A DNA stretch of 64,000 nucleotides from Candidatus Terrybacteria bacterium RIFCSPHIGHO2_01_FULL_43_35 (GTDB lineage Bacteria > Patescibacteriota > Minisyncoccia > Terrybacterales > GWB1-40-14). Location: assembly GCA_001822815.1 (NCBI GenBank), contig MHSR01000013.1:85093-149092 (forward strand), in the 5' to 3' direction. This document shows positions 48,665-57,500 of the stretch, in pieces (the first letter of the stretch is position 1; the number at the start of each line of letters is the position of its first letter). The notes under the pieces were generated by a model. That model made no database searches. It had not been told where the DNA came from and saw only the letters and a program-made list of their open reading frames with translations. The position numbers were made by a program, and so were the translations under genes.

Positions 48665-50884
48665 CTAGTGTCTTTGGAAACGATGCGGTCCTCTGCCACG
48701 TCGGTCGTCCCGACCACGGTTTTGCCCTTGGGGGTTGCGCGGGCGGAAGCGATCAGCTTCTTGTGTAAAGGCCCCGCTTAATTTTCTTTCCGGCATAAAA
48801 GAGTCCTGCGGTTTCAGGTTAACCCTTCCCTGGCTATCTATTTCTTCTACTTCCACGGGCATTTTATCCCCTGTTTTAACCAGCTCTTCGGCGCTGCGGA
48901 CACCCCAGGCGGCTATTTTTGAATTGTGCACTAAGCCTTCTTGGCCCGGAGCTATTTCAACCATGATTCCAAAGGGGAACATTCTCGTTACCGTGCCATC
49001 GAATTTTTCACCCGGCATGATTTCTCTGGTTAAGTCATTTATCCAGTTTAATGCTTTTTCCGCCGAAACTGGATCTTTGCCGGTTATGTAAATTTTCCCG
49101 GTTTGTTCTATATCTATCTGCGTGCCGGTTTGTTCCGTGATAGTATTTATCATTTTACCGCCAGGTCCTATTACATCGCGGATCTTATCCGGATTTATCA
49201 TAAGCGTGAGTATTCTCGGAGCGTAAGCGGATAAGCTTGGACGCGGCTCCGGCAATGCTTGAGACATAACATCCAATATTTTTAGACGCGCCTCTTTGGC
49301 TTGCGCAAAGGCGGCTTCAAGCATTTCTAACGTGGCTCCTTCAATTTTTACATCCATTTGCACTGCGGTTATGCCATCCCGGGTTCCGGCCACCTTGAAA
49401 TCCATATCACCGTAGTGGTCTTCCGGGCCCTGTATATCAGTAAGCACCTTCCAGTGGCCTTGGCTATCGGTCATCAGGCCCATGGCTATACCCGCGGCCA
49501 TTTTTTTGATGGGCACGCCGCCGTCCATTAAAGCAAGACAGCCGGCGCATACCGAAGCCATAGAGGAAGATCCGTTTGATGACAATATTTCTGAAACTAT
49601 CCTTATAGTATAAGGGAAATCATCTTTATCCGGAATAAGGGGCGCTAAAGCTTTTTCGGCCAGCATGCCGTGGCCGATTTCTCTTCGGCCTGGGCCGCGG
49701 AAAAAACCAGTCTCGCCCACAGAAAACGGCGGAAAATTGTAGTGGAGCATAAAGCGCTTCTTGCGTTCGCCCTCCATAGTTTCTATCAGCAGTTCGTCGG
49801 AAGGTGCGCCTAAAGTTAGCGCGGCCAGCGACTTGGTGTTACCGCGCGTAAATAATGCCGATCCGTGTATGCGAGGCAAGATTCCCACCGAAGATGAAAG
49901 TTCGCGCAATTCGTCTAAAGCGCGGCCATCCGGCCTCTGGTTGCCATTAATAATTTTTTCATGGACGATTTTATCAGTTTCTTCTTCCAGAACCGCCAAA
50001 GCGCTGCGTATATCAATATTTTCTTCAGAAACTTTTTGCAAAAGCGCCTTTTTTAATTCATCCATTTTTCTCGCGCGTTCAAGCTTATCTATTGAAGTGT
50101 CAAACATGACCTCCCCAAGTTTTTTACCCAAAAAAGACAATACAAAATCTTTGGTTTTTTCGTCTGGTTCGGCGAGAATAACCGAGGCCTTATTCGGTTT
50201 GACGGTTTTAACTATTTCTTCCTGTAAGGTAAATAGTTCTTGCATCGCTTTCTGCGCGACAGTTATGGCTTCTACGGCTTCCTTTTCGCTTAATTCGTAA
50301 AGGCCACCCTCAAGCATGTTTATGCGCTCGCGCGTTCCGGCAACGACCAAATCCAGGGAACTTGAGCTTCTTTCTGCCGTTGTTGGAAACATTATCCAAT
50401 TACTTTCGCTGTCTCGGCCTATGCGTATTCCGGCTATTGGACCACCCCACGGAATATCAGAGGTGCTTAAAGCCAAAGAAGCGCCTATTATGCCCAACAC
50501 ATCAGGATCATTTTCGTAATCGTAAGAAAGGGTTGTGGCCACAACCTGCACTTCATTGCGCATGAATGCTGGGAAAAGAGGTCTGATTGTTCGATCAACA
50601 AGACGAGCCGATAACACGGCTTCATCTGACGGGCGGCCCTCGCGTTTCATAAAACGCGAGCTTTTTATTTCACCGGCGGCGTAATATTTTTCTTCAAACT
50701 CCACCATAAGCGGGAAAAAATCAATGCCCTCGCGGGGGGTTTTGCCCATGACTGCGGTGACCAAAACTATCGTGTCTCCGCACTGTATTAGAGCCTCGCC
50801 GCTGGCTTGTTCGGCAAGATGAGGTAGGGATACTTTTATTTCTTTTCCGCCGATATTCGCGCGGAAAGTTTTTATTTCCTTCAT
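48665..50884 (-). CDS. pnp: Polyribonucleotide nucleotidyltransferase
   Basis: REGRP, R.VDR.IRP, RREIGHG, SNGSSSMAS, DMDFKVAGT, KH and S1. Confidence 0.97.
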   Translation of the reverse strand: MKEIKTFRANIGGKEIKVSLPHLAEQASGEALIQCGDTIVLVTAVMGKTPREGIDFFPLMVEFEEKYYAAGEIKSSRFMKREGRPSDEAVLSARLVDRTIRPLFPAFMRNEVQVVATTLSYDYENDPDVLGIIGASLALSTSDIPWGGPIAGIRIGRDSESNWIMFPTTAERSSSSLDLVVAGTRERINMLEGGLYELSEKEAVEAITVAQKAMQELFTLQEEIVKTVKPNKASVILAEPDEKTKDFVLSFLGKKLGEVMFDTSIDKLERARKMDELKKALLQKVSEENIDIRSALAVLEEETDKIVHEKIINGNQRPDGRALDELRELSSSVGILPRIHGSALFTRGNTKSLAALTLGAPSDELLIETMEGERKKRFMLHYNFPPFSVGETGFFRGPGRREIGHGMLAEKALAPLIPDKDDFPYTIRIVSEILSSNGSSSMASVCAGCLALMDGGVPIKKMAAGIAMGLMTDSQGHWKVLTDIQGPEDHYGDMDFKVAGTRDGITAVQMDVKIEGATLEMLEAAFAQAKEARLKILDVMSQALPEPRPSLSAYAPRILTLMINPDKIRDVIGPGGKMINTITEQTGTQIDIEQTGKIYITGKDPVSAEKALNWINDLTREIMPGEKFDGTVTRMFPFGIMVEIAPGQEGLVHNSKIAAWGVRSAEELVKTGDKMPVEVEEIDSQGRVNLKPQDSFMPERKLSGAFTQEADRFRPRNPQGQNRGRDDRRGRGPHRFQRH

Positions 50885-51070
50885 GAAATTGAGCTCTGGC
50901 AACCGTCACCCACAAAGGAGTTCGTGAAAACCAAGTGCGCTTGTAGTAAAGACGACATGGTCATCTTTTTCTCAAGCATTGGCAGGGAATAAGAGTAAAA
51001 GGCACTTTTAAGTATTTGAATGCGCTTTACTCCAATTCCCTCGCGTTCACGGGCTTAGTTAATTTGAGCC

Positions 51071-51619
51071 CTAGATCCTATTGCGATTGGCAATGCGCTT
51101 AGAGCGATTACTAATAGATATTAAGAACTTTGAATTTTGTCCAAGATCCAAGAAATCATCAGCCGCCTCCTTTAGTTTTGCTGAAGCCGAGCGGCCAAAG
51201 GCAGCAACTTCTACCTGTACTCCCTTTTGCATTTTTAGAAATTCAACCAACGGGATAAAATCTCCGTCCCCTGTAATCAGTATTATCGCGTCAACCAAAT
51301 TTGATAAACGTATAGCATCCACCGCTAGCCCAACGTCCCAGTCGGCCTTCTTCATTCCGCCGGCAAAAATCTGTAAATCCTTACTCTTGACCTCAAAGCC
51401 AGCCTTGACCAATGCGTCAAAAAAGGCCTGTTCTTCGTCCATTTCGCCAGCCTTGACTACATAGGCCAGTGAACGTACCAAAAGACGGCCGGCAACGGCT
51501 TCTTCCAGGAGAGCTTTAAAATTAACTCTCGAAGAGAAAAGGTGCTTGGCAGAATGATATAAGTTCTGTACATCGACAAGTACGGCAACCCGCTGGTTTG
51601 GATGTTTAATTACAGTCAT
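51071..51619 (-). CDS. NYN-domain (LabA/DUF88) protein
   Basis: VDVQNL, K.DWDV, TGDGDF, L..AAD.F. Confidence 0.9.
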   Translation of the reverse strand: MTVIKHPNQRVAVLVDVQNLYHSAKHLFSSRVNFKALLEEAVAGRLLVRSLAYVVKAGEMDEEQAFFDALVKAGFEVKSKDLQIFAGGMKKADWDVGLAVDAIRLSNLVDAIILITGDGDFIPLVEFLKMQKGVQVEVAAFGRSASAKLKEAADDFLDLGQNSKFLISISNRSKRIANRNRI

Positions 51620-51883
51620 TTATTTTAGGCCCAATTTCTTAACCAACGAATTGTAACGCTTCTCATCCTCGTCTTTTAGATAGTTAAGAAGGCGTCTTCT
51701 TTTTGCAACCATCTTCAACAATCCGCGGCGAGAATGATTATCCTTTACGTGGTTTTTTAAGTGGCTACTTAGCCGATCTATTTCTTCGCTCAAAATAGCA
51801 ATTTGTACCTCGCTTGAGCCGGTGTCGGTATCATGTATTTTAAATTTTTTGATAATATTATCTTTTTGTCTAGTAGTTAACAT
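51620..51883 (-). CDS. rpsO: 30S ribosomal protein S15
   Basis: [30 protein letters not shown]. Confidence 0.97.
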   Translation of the reverse strand: MLTTRQKDNIIKKFKIHDTDTGSSEVQIAILSEEIDRLSSHLKNHVKDNHSRRGLLKMVAKRRRLLNYLKDEDEKRYNSLVKKLGLK

Positions 51884-51973
51884 ATCGAATGAAGCATAGC
51901 ATAAATATTGCGTATTGAAAACCCCGCGAAAAAGCTTTTGTACAAGGATAAATTATGTCGTACAATATAACCA

Positions 51974-53032
51974 ATGATTAACCGCGGCCCCATAAGCGAA
52001 TTAAAAAAACAGTTTCTTGAATATATAGAAGTAGAAAAAGGCCGTTCAGCCAAAACCGTAGAGAATTATGACCATTATTTGGAGCGGTTTTTCACTTGGC
52101 TTGTTGAAAATGTGAAGCCCCGTACCGAACGAAGTTCTGGTACTGGGGTTTCACGTGAAACCCCGTTAGAGGTCTCGCCCGCGCTTGCGCGCCCGCGAGA
52201 GTCTGCGGGGCGGGCCGCCTCTAACGAGGTGGAACCCCCTGTAGAAAAGCCTACTCTTTCAGATCTAACAGAAGAAAAGGTTAGAGCGTTTCGTGTGTGG
52301 CTCAACCGGAAATCGTTATCCAAACAGACACAGAATTATCACGTAATCGCACTGCGCATGTTCCTTAAGTTTCTTGCCCATAAAGGCATTGATGCTTTGT
52401 CCGCGGAACGTTTGGAGCTTGCTAAAACAGGCGCAAGGGAGGTTGATTTTCTTGAAGGTGAGGATTTGGAACGCATGCTTAGTGCGCCAAAAGGCAATGA
52501 TTTGCGCGCGTTGCGCGACCGAGCGATATTAGAAACCCTTTTCTCCACCGGCATGCGTGTTTCAGAGCTATGCGCCTTGGACATAGATCACATCAATATT
52601 GAAAAAGGAGAATTTGCTGTACGCGGGAAGGGCGATAAAATTAGGCCGGTTTTTCTATCGTATCACAGCAGAGAAACAATAAGGGATTACATGAACGCCC
52701 GCGCCGTAATAGTGGAAAAAGCCTTGTTTGTAAGGGTACCTCGTGGTAAGAATTCATTAAATAATGGTAATAATTTTACGCGCTTGACACCAAGATCGGT
52801 TCAGCGGTTGGTTCAACACTACGCGCAAAAAGCCGGCATAGTTGGTAAACACGTAAGCCCGCACACATTAAGACACTCTTTTGCCACCGATCTTTTGAGA
52901 AACGGCGCCGATTTGCGTTCGGTACAAGAAATGTTGGGACATTCTTCCATAACGACTACGCAAATATATACGCACGTCACAAACCCACAGCTAAAAAAAG
53001 TGCACGAAAAGTTCCACAAAGATCCTGAATAG
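51974..53032 (+). CDS. XerC/XerD-family tyrosine recombinase with an in-frame insertion
   Basis: TGMRVSE, GKGDK.R, HTLRHSFAT, LGH, TTQIYTH; extra ~43 aa near residues 47-89. Confidence 0.93.
   Translation: MINRGPISELKKQFLEYIEVEKGRSAKTVENYDHYLERFFTWLVENVKPRTERSSGTGVSRETPLEVSPALARPRESAGRAASNEVEPPVEKPTLSDLTEEKVRAFRVWLNRKSLSKQTQNYHVIALRMFLKFLAHKGIDALSAERLELAKTGAREVDFLEGEDLERMLSAPKGNDLRALRDRAILETLFSTGMRVSELCALDIDHINIEKGEFAVRGKGDKIRPVFLSYHSRETIRDYMNARAVIVEKALFVRVPRGKNSLNNGNNFTRLTPRSVQRLVQHYAQKAGIVGKHVSPHTLRHSFATDLLRNGADLRSVQEMLGHSSITTTQIYTHVTNPQLKKVHEKFHKDPE
52148..52161. promoter_or_regulatory. parS core inside the xer gene
   Basis: GTTTCACGTGAAAC, read as VSRET in frame. Confidence 0.75.
52162..52228. 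mobile_element. 67-bp family B element
   Basis: cccgttagagg / cctctaacgag flanked by GTGAAAC and GTGGAAC. Confidence 0.8.
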
Positions 53033-53075
53033 AACAAGTAATTAAGATGTGTTCTACTAACCCGTAAGCAAAAAA

Positions 53076-53091
53076 TGTTTCACGTGAAACA
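53076..53091. promoter_or_regulatory. Perfect parS site
   Basis: TGTTTCACGTGAAACA, the canonical chromosomal ParB-binding palindrome. Confidence 0.9.
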
Positions 53092-53142
53092 TAAGCACTC
53101 TATATTATAGTAAAACCCCGCAAGCTATGTGCGGGGTAATTC

Positions 53143-53718
53143 TTAAAGGCCTTGCTCAAGGAACATTTTGGCTCTTACGTAGGCGACAAAGAGATCGCTT
53201 TTGTACACTGGGTACATCCTACTGTCTTCTTTGGCCGCTATCCGAGCCTCTTTTCCGCTCTCGTATAGAGCGACTATTTCCTCTACCGGTACTACAACAG
53301 CTTGTTCTACCGGAACAGGATCGAAGTCCTTATCGCGCGAGTGGTCAACCCAGCCGCTTTGGTTTGTGGCCTTTGCGTCTCTGCCGTTGTAATAGATCTT
53401 GGCGTGGTTATCGCCAGAAAGTATTACGTGGAGCAGATCTCGATCTTCTACTGTGATAGCTAAGCCGGTTTCGTGGCCAACTTCGCGAATGGCTCCTTCA
53501 GTCGGCAATTCATTGTCGTGCATTTTGCCGCCCGGCAGGCCAAAACCACGACGTTTTGTGCCCACGAATTGGCCAGTGCTTGCAGAGATGATCGGCTCTT
53601 CCTGGTTGAGAACAAAAACGATTCCTGGTTCCTTGATCTTCTTCAAGAGTATAACCGTTTTCACGGTTATTTCGTAGCCAGAGCGCACCAGATTTTCTGC
53701 TTGCGCCTGAAGACTCAC
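53143..53718 (-). CDS. NUDIX hydrolase-family protein
   Basis: LPGG.....E....GAIREV..ETGL; GTG start with AAGGAG SD. Confidence 0.8.
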   Translation of the reverse strand: MSLQAQAENLVRSGYEITVKTVILLKKIKEPGIVFVLNQEEPIISASTGQFVGTKRRGFGLPGGKMHDNELPTEGAIREVGHETGLAITVEDRDLLHVILSGDNHAKIYYNGRDAKATNQSGWVDHSRDKDFDPVPVEQAVVVPVEEIVALYESGKEARIAAKEDSRMYPVYKSDLFVAYVRAKMFLEQGL

Positions 53719-53783
53719 AGCGTTCTCCTTTAAGTTTGAGGAACGATATTCATACTATAGCACATCTCTTACAAAAAAGCAAG

Positions 53784-53797
53784 GTTTCACGTGAAAC
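53784..53797. promoter_or_regulatory. parS core
   Basis: GTTTCACGTGAAAC. Confidence 0.75.
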
Positions 53798-53927
53798 CCC
53801 GTTAGAAATCTCGCCCGCACTTGCCCCGTTAGAGGCCCTCTTTTGGGAGGCAGTCACCCTTGACGATTTGCCTCTAACGGGGCTTGCGCGCCAGCGAGGA
53901 CCTTTGGGGCAGGCTGTTTCTAACGGA
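53798..53927. mobile_element. Family B element carrying a nested 57-bp family B element
   Basis: Inner 53825-53881 flanked by ACTTGC/GCTTGC; outer flanked by GTGAAAC/GTGAGAC. Confidence 0.85.
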
Positions 53928-54022
53928 GTGAGACCATATCGTTTCCACCTTTCGCTTAATGACTTTACAACAAAATATAAAATGCTATGCTATACAAAAA
54001 TTAAAGAAGGAGGCACCTTAAA

Positions 54023-54271
54023 GTGCCGATGTGGATGTCTGCAGCCGTAAAGGCATTTATCGCCGCCAATGCCGCTGGTGATGAGGAGTTAAAGCGAGAT
54101 ATTCAGGCAGAACGATCTCGCATCGAACAGCAACTACAGATCGCGCAGGGTTATCGAAATACGCTCGAAGTAACGGAGCGTGACCTAGATGAATTTATGA
54201 GAAGGGTTGAATGGGTGATGGAACACCCAAATTGTCTTGGATTTTCAAGCTGGATCAGTCACCAATGGTGA
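54023..54271 (+). CDS. Small coiled-coil hypothetical protein
   Basis: AGGAGG SD before GTG; helical heptad character. Confidence 0.6.
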   Translation: MPMWMSAAVKAFIAANAAGDEELKRDIQAERSRIEQQLQIAQGYRNTLEVTERDLDEFMRRVEWVMEHPNCLGFSSWISHQW

Positions 54272-54283
54272 GTGAATCCGATA

Positions 54284-54359
54284 TGGTGCGCCCGGAAGGA
54301 TTCGAACCCTCGACAGTCTCCTTAAGAGGGAGCTGCTCTACCAACTGAGCTACGGGCGC
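54284..54359 (-). tRNA. tRNA-Lys(CUU)
   Basis: GCGCCCGTAGCTCAGTTGGTAGAGC...CTCTTAA...GGTTCGAATCC...ACCA. Confidence 0.92.
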
Positions 54360-54396
54360 ATATAAGCCGCTTTCGTTTTTGGCGAATGAGCGGCGT

Positions 54397-55065
54397 TTAA
54401 CTATATCCCGGGCCTGTTTCAAGCAGGTCGACGTTTATCCTGTTTATCCAGATGTTATGCAGTTTATGTTTGAATTGCCACAAGTCGCCGTTATTTGCGA
54501 TTAGGCAGTCGGGCGAGACTTCTTTCAGGCAATCATTAACACGTTGCCCGTTTTCGTCTTGGCCGTACCCTTTGTCACGCCGGTCCAACTGGCGGAAATC
54601 TTTAAGTGCTATTGCCCCGCCGTCGCGTTCTTCTTCGCGCTTTTTAAAACGTTTGAAGCGTATCAGCTGGTTGGCCGTGACACCAATGAACACACACCGA
54701 TTGTCGGTAGCGCGTCTTATCTCTTGCATTTCGCCAGGGTTTCTCACGCCATCAATAATGACAAAATTGTTGTAGTCTTGACCGTTTTCGAGAGCCATTT
54801 CCAAAACCATTTTCGCCAAGGCGCCGGAGCCGTGAGTAGCGCGTAATTCATCCCCGATGTCTTGAAGAAGATTGGTGGTCGGATTTTCAACGCCGCGTTG
54901 GCGGGCAATTTCCCGCAACGGATCAGATAATCTGAAAATTTGGAATTCAAAACTGCCGGCAAATGGATTAGTTGCTATTTGTTGAAAATATCTGGCAGCC
55001 TCGCTTTTTCCAGCCGCCTTTTGGCCTATTAGGGCTATTGCAAAGCCAATCTGTTTTCCTGACAT
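54397..55065 (-). CDS. P-loop kinase (dephospho-CoA/nucleotide kinase-like)
   Basis: G..AAGKS, LSD..RE, G.ELR..HG...LA, IDGVR...E, I.NNG. Confidence 0.8.
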   Translation of the reverse strand: MSGKQIGFAIALIGQKAAGKSEAARYFQQIATNPFAGSFEFQIFRLSDPLREIARQRGVENPTTNLLQDIGDELRATHGSGALAKMVLEMALENGQDYNNFVIIDGVRNPGEMQEIRRATDNRCVFIGVTANQLIRFKRFKKREEERDGGAIALKDFRQLDRRDKGYGQDENGQRVNDCLKEVSPDCLIANNGDLWQFKHKLHNIWINRINVDLLETGPGYS

Positions 55066-55144
55066 GGACTCACCCCAAATTTAAAAAGAACTTATCCTTA
55101 ATTTAAGGATAAATTGTGCATATTGCAATAGCAAAATTTTATAC

Positions 55145-55417
55145 TGCGTCCCCACGAGGATTCTCCCGACGTTTCAGTCGGGATCCTCCGATGGAGTCCG
55201 ATACTCGGCCTTATGCGGAGTCATCGGACCGACTTCTAGCTTTAAAATTTATAAAATAGTGCGTCGGGAGAACCCATAACCTTCTGGTCCGACCCAGCCA
55301 CTTCCAGTGCCCCCGGGAGGATTCGAACCCCCAACAACAGTTCCGAAGACTGTTGTGATATCCATTTCACCACAGGGGCAGAGGAAGGAGCTGGGCTATC
55401 CATTGAGCTAAGGGCGC
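55145..55417 (-). pseudogene. Broken tRNA-Arg with two insertions
   Basis: GCGCCCTTAGCTCAATGGATAG | TCGGACCAGAAGGTTATGGGTTC | GAATCCTCGTGGGGACGCA. Confidence 0.7.
55308..55379 (-). tRNA. tRNA-Arg(UCG), intact and nested
   Basis: Full cloverleaf; anticodon arm ACAGT-CTTCGGA-ACTGT; no encoded CCA. Confidence 0.9.
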
Positions 55418-55483
55418 ATATTATATACCTTTAAAATACTTGTGCCGTATACAAAAGTCAAAATTTGTTAAAAGTATCAGAAC

Positions 55484-56992
55484 ATGATTAAGTATAATTG
55501 TATGCGAGAAAATAAAACAGTTTTGGAAGAAATAAAAGTGCCGGATAAGATTCAGCTGCCAAAAGAAGTTAAAGAGACGATGCAAAAGCTGGATAAAGGC
55601 GGCTTTAAGGCTTTTGTTGTGGGCGGGTGTCTGCGCGATATATTATTGAGCCGCGATCCCAAGGATTGGGATATAGCCACCAATGCCGAGCCAGAACAGA
55701 TTCAAGAGATTTTTCCGGATTCATTTTACGAAAATACTTTCGGCACAGTCGGCATAAAAACAGATTCAAAAAAAGAAGAGCTGAAAGTAATTGAAGTCAC
55801 TACTTTCCGCATCGAAAGTGATTATACCGACAAGCGCCATCCCGATTCGGTGCATTTTGCGAAAACCATTGAGGAGGATTTATCGCGCCGCGATTTTACC
55901 ATTAACGCCATGGCTTGGGATGGCAAAACGCTTATTGACCCTTATGGCGGACAAAAAGATCTTAAAAAAAGGACTATAAGGACTGTTGGCGATGCCGATC
56001 GGCGTTTTCAAGAGGACGCCCTAAGGCTTATGCGCGCTATACGCTTTGGCTCCGAGCTCAATTTTGTTTTGGATAGCAGGACAGCCGAATCCATGCACGA
56101 TCATGCCGGCTTGCTGGAGTTTATTTCTAAGGAGCGCATAGGAGACGAATTCCGCAAATTAATCATGACTACGCACGCGGCACGCGGCATAGAACTTTTG
56201 CGCGATTTAAAAATGCTAAAGTTTGTTTTGCCTGAACTTGAAGAAGGTTGGGATGTTGATCAGAATAAGCATCATATTTATACGGTGTGGGAGCATAATG
56301 TACGTGCCTTGCAATATGCTACCGAACAAGGATATTCTTTTGACGTGCGCTTGGCGGCGTTGCTTCACGATGTGGGCAAACCAAGAAGTAAGCGCGGCAC
56401 CGGTCCGGATTCAACTTTCTACGGCCATGAAGTTATCGGTGCCAAGCTTGCCGCGCGGGCCCTGGAGCGTCTGCACTTTTCTAAAAAAGAAATAGAAAAA
56501 ATATCTTTGCTGGTGCGCGCACATATGTTTAATTATGATCCAAATGTTGTCACCGACGCTTCAGTAAGAAGGCTTATAGCCAAAGTAGGGGAGGAGAACA
56601 TAAAAGATCTGGTTCAAGTGCGTGAAGCTGACCGCATAGGCTCAGGCGTCAAAAAAGCCGTGCCTTATAAGCTTAGGCACTTTATGTTCAGGATTGAGAA
56701 AGTTCTGGCCAAACCGGTTTCGCGCAAGACCATGAAGCTTGATGGAAATGAGCTTATGACTGTCTTGAAACTTGAGGCAGGACCGCGCGTGGGCGCAATT
56801 TTGGAAGCATTATTTGAAGAAATTTTAGATGATCCAGGGCGCAATAAGAAAGATTACCTTGTTGCGCGGGCAAAAGAATTAAATGAGATGTCAGATAAAG
56901 AACTTGGGGCCTTGCGCAAAAAAGCACAGGATAAGTACGCCTCAGTTCTTGAATACGAGGAAGGATTGATGAAAGACAAATATGGCGTATAA
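55484..56992 (+). CDS. cca: CCA-adding tRNA nucleotidyltransferase with HD domain
   Basis: VGGCLRD, D.DIAT, RRDFTINA, EDALR..RA.RF, LLHDVGK; start may be 55502. Confidence 0.92.
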   Translation: MIKYNCMRENKTVLEEIKVPDKIQLPKEVKETMQKLDKGGFKAFVVGGCLRDILLSRDPKDWDIATNAEPEQIQEIFPDSFYENTFGTVGIKTDSKKEELKVIEVTTFRIESDYTDKRHPDSVHFAKTIEEDLSRRDFTINAMAWDGKTLIDPYGGQKDLKKRTIRTVGDADRRFQEDALRLMRAIRFGSELNFVLDSRTAESMHDHAGLLEFISKERIGDEFRKLIMTTHAARGIELLRDLKMLKFVLPELEEGWDVDQNKHHIYTVWEHNVRALQYATEQGYSFDVRLAALLHDVGKPRSKRGTGPDSTFYGHEVIGAKLAARALERLHFSKKEIEKISLLVRAHMFNYDPNVVTDASVRRLIAKVGEENIKDLVQVREADRIGSGVKKAVPYKLRHFMFRIEKVLAKPVSRKTMKLDGNELMTVLKLEAGPRVGAILEALFEEILDDPGRNKKDYLVARAKELNEMSDKELGALRKKAQDKYASVLEYEEGLMKDKYGV

Positions 56993-57046
56993 ATTTCTAA
57001 TTTTTAATTTCCAATTTCTAATTATTCTTAAAAATAAATTGAAGAC

Positions 57047-57094
57047 TGTGTCATGGTGTACCCAGCCCCAATTCTTAATTAGAGCTGGGCAGCA
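57047..57094 (+). pseudogene. Possible 5' remnant of a tRNA-Gln interrupted by a family C hairpin
   Basis: TGTGTCATGGTGTA[cccagc..gctggg]CAGCA. Confidence 0.35.
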
Positions 57095-57121
57095 GTATGT
57101 CCTGGCACGCATTAAAAAACT

Positions 57122-57192
57122 CGGAGATTAGTATACCGGTAGTACGCACGCTTCGGGTGCGTGAAGACCGGGTTCGATTCCCGGATCTCCGA
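57122..57192 (+). tRNA. tRNA-Pro(CGG)
   Basis: CGGAGAT acceptor; CACGC-TTCGGGT-GCGTG; CCGGG-TTCGATT-CCCGG. Confidence 0.92.
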
Positions 57193-57213
57193 CTAAAAAT
57201 TTCTAACGAGGCA

Positions 57214-57382
57214 AGGGTGCGCTTGTCCTGAGCATATTGAAGGATAAAGACCGAGTTCTTCCGCCCAGCCCCAGTTTGAAAAAATAACAAACTGGGGCTG
57301 GGCGGGATTGCTGTTTGTTTCCAATCGTTCCGACGAGACTTCGGAACTTTTGGACAAACATGGAAGATTCTCGGCGCCCCGA
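57214..57382 (+). pseudogene. 3' half of a tRNA-Pro with a 107-bp T-loop insertion
   Basis: AAGACCGAGTTC | GATTCTCGGCGCCCCGA rejoins to a perfect T-arm and a Pro-type acceptor strand. Confidence 0.65.
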
Positions 57383-57467
57383 CCCAGTTTTTAATCAAGA
57401 CCGATTTCTACTTAGGCGAATGCAGTTAAAACAAGTGTGTCCAAGCCATTGAACCATTACGGTGATA

Positions 57468-57495
57468 TTGACAAAATAATTAGGCATGTTATAAT
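57468..57495 (+). promoter_or_regulatory. Consensus sigma70 promoter
   Basis: TTGACA-16 bp-TATAAT with extended -10 TG. Confidence 0.75.
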
Positions 57496-57500
57496 GTAAT

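Noticed and set aside
51938-51965. dif-like inverted repeat upstream of the xer gene
   Set aside because: Arms are imperfect, lack the 11-6-11 layout and lie near the origin; at most an operator.
51974-53032. Prophage or ICE integrase
   Set aside because: Sequence is XerC/D-like beside rpsO, with no phage genes or att duplication seen.
53736-54050. 104-aa ORF sharing VSRETPLE.SPALA with the Xer insert
   Set aside because: The similarity comes from the parS-plus-element DNA; TTG start and no other sign of a real gene.
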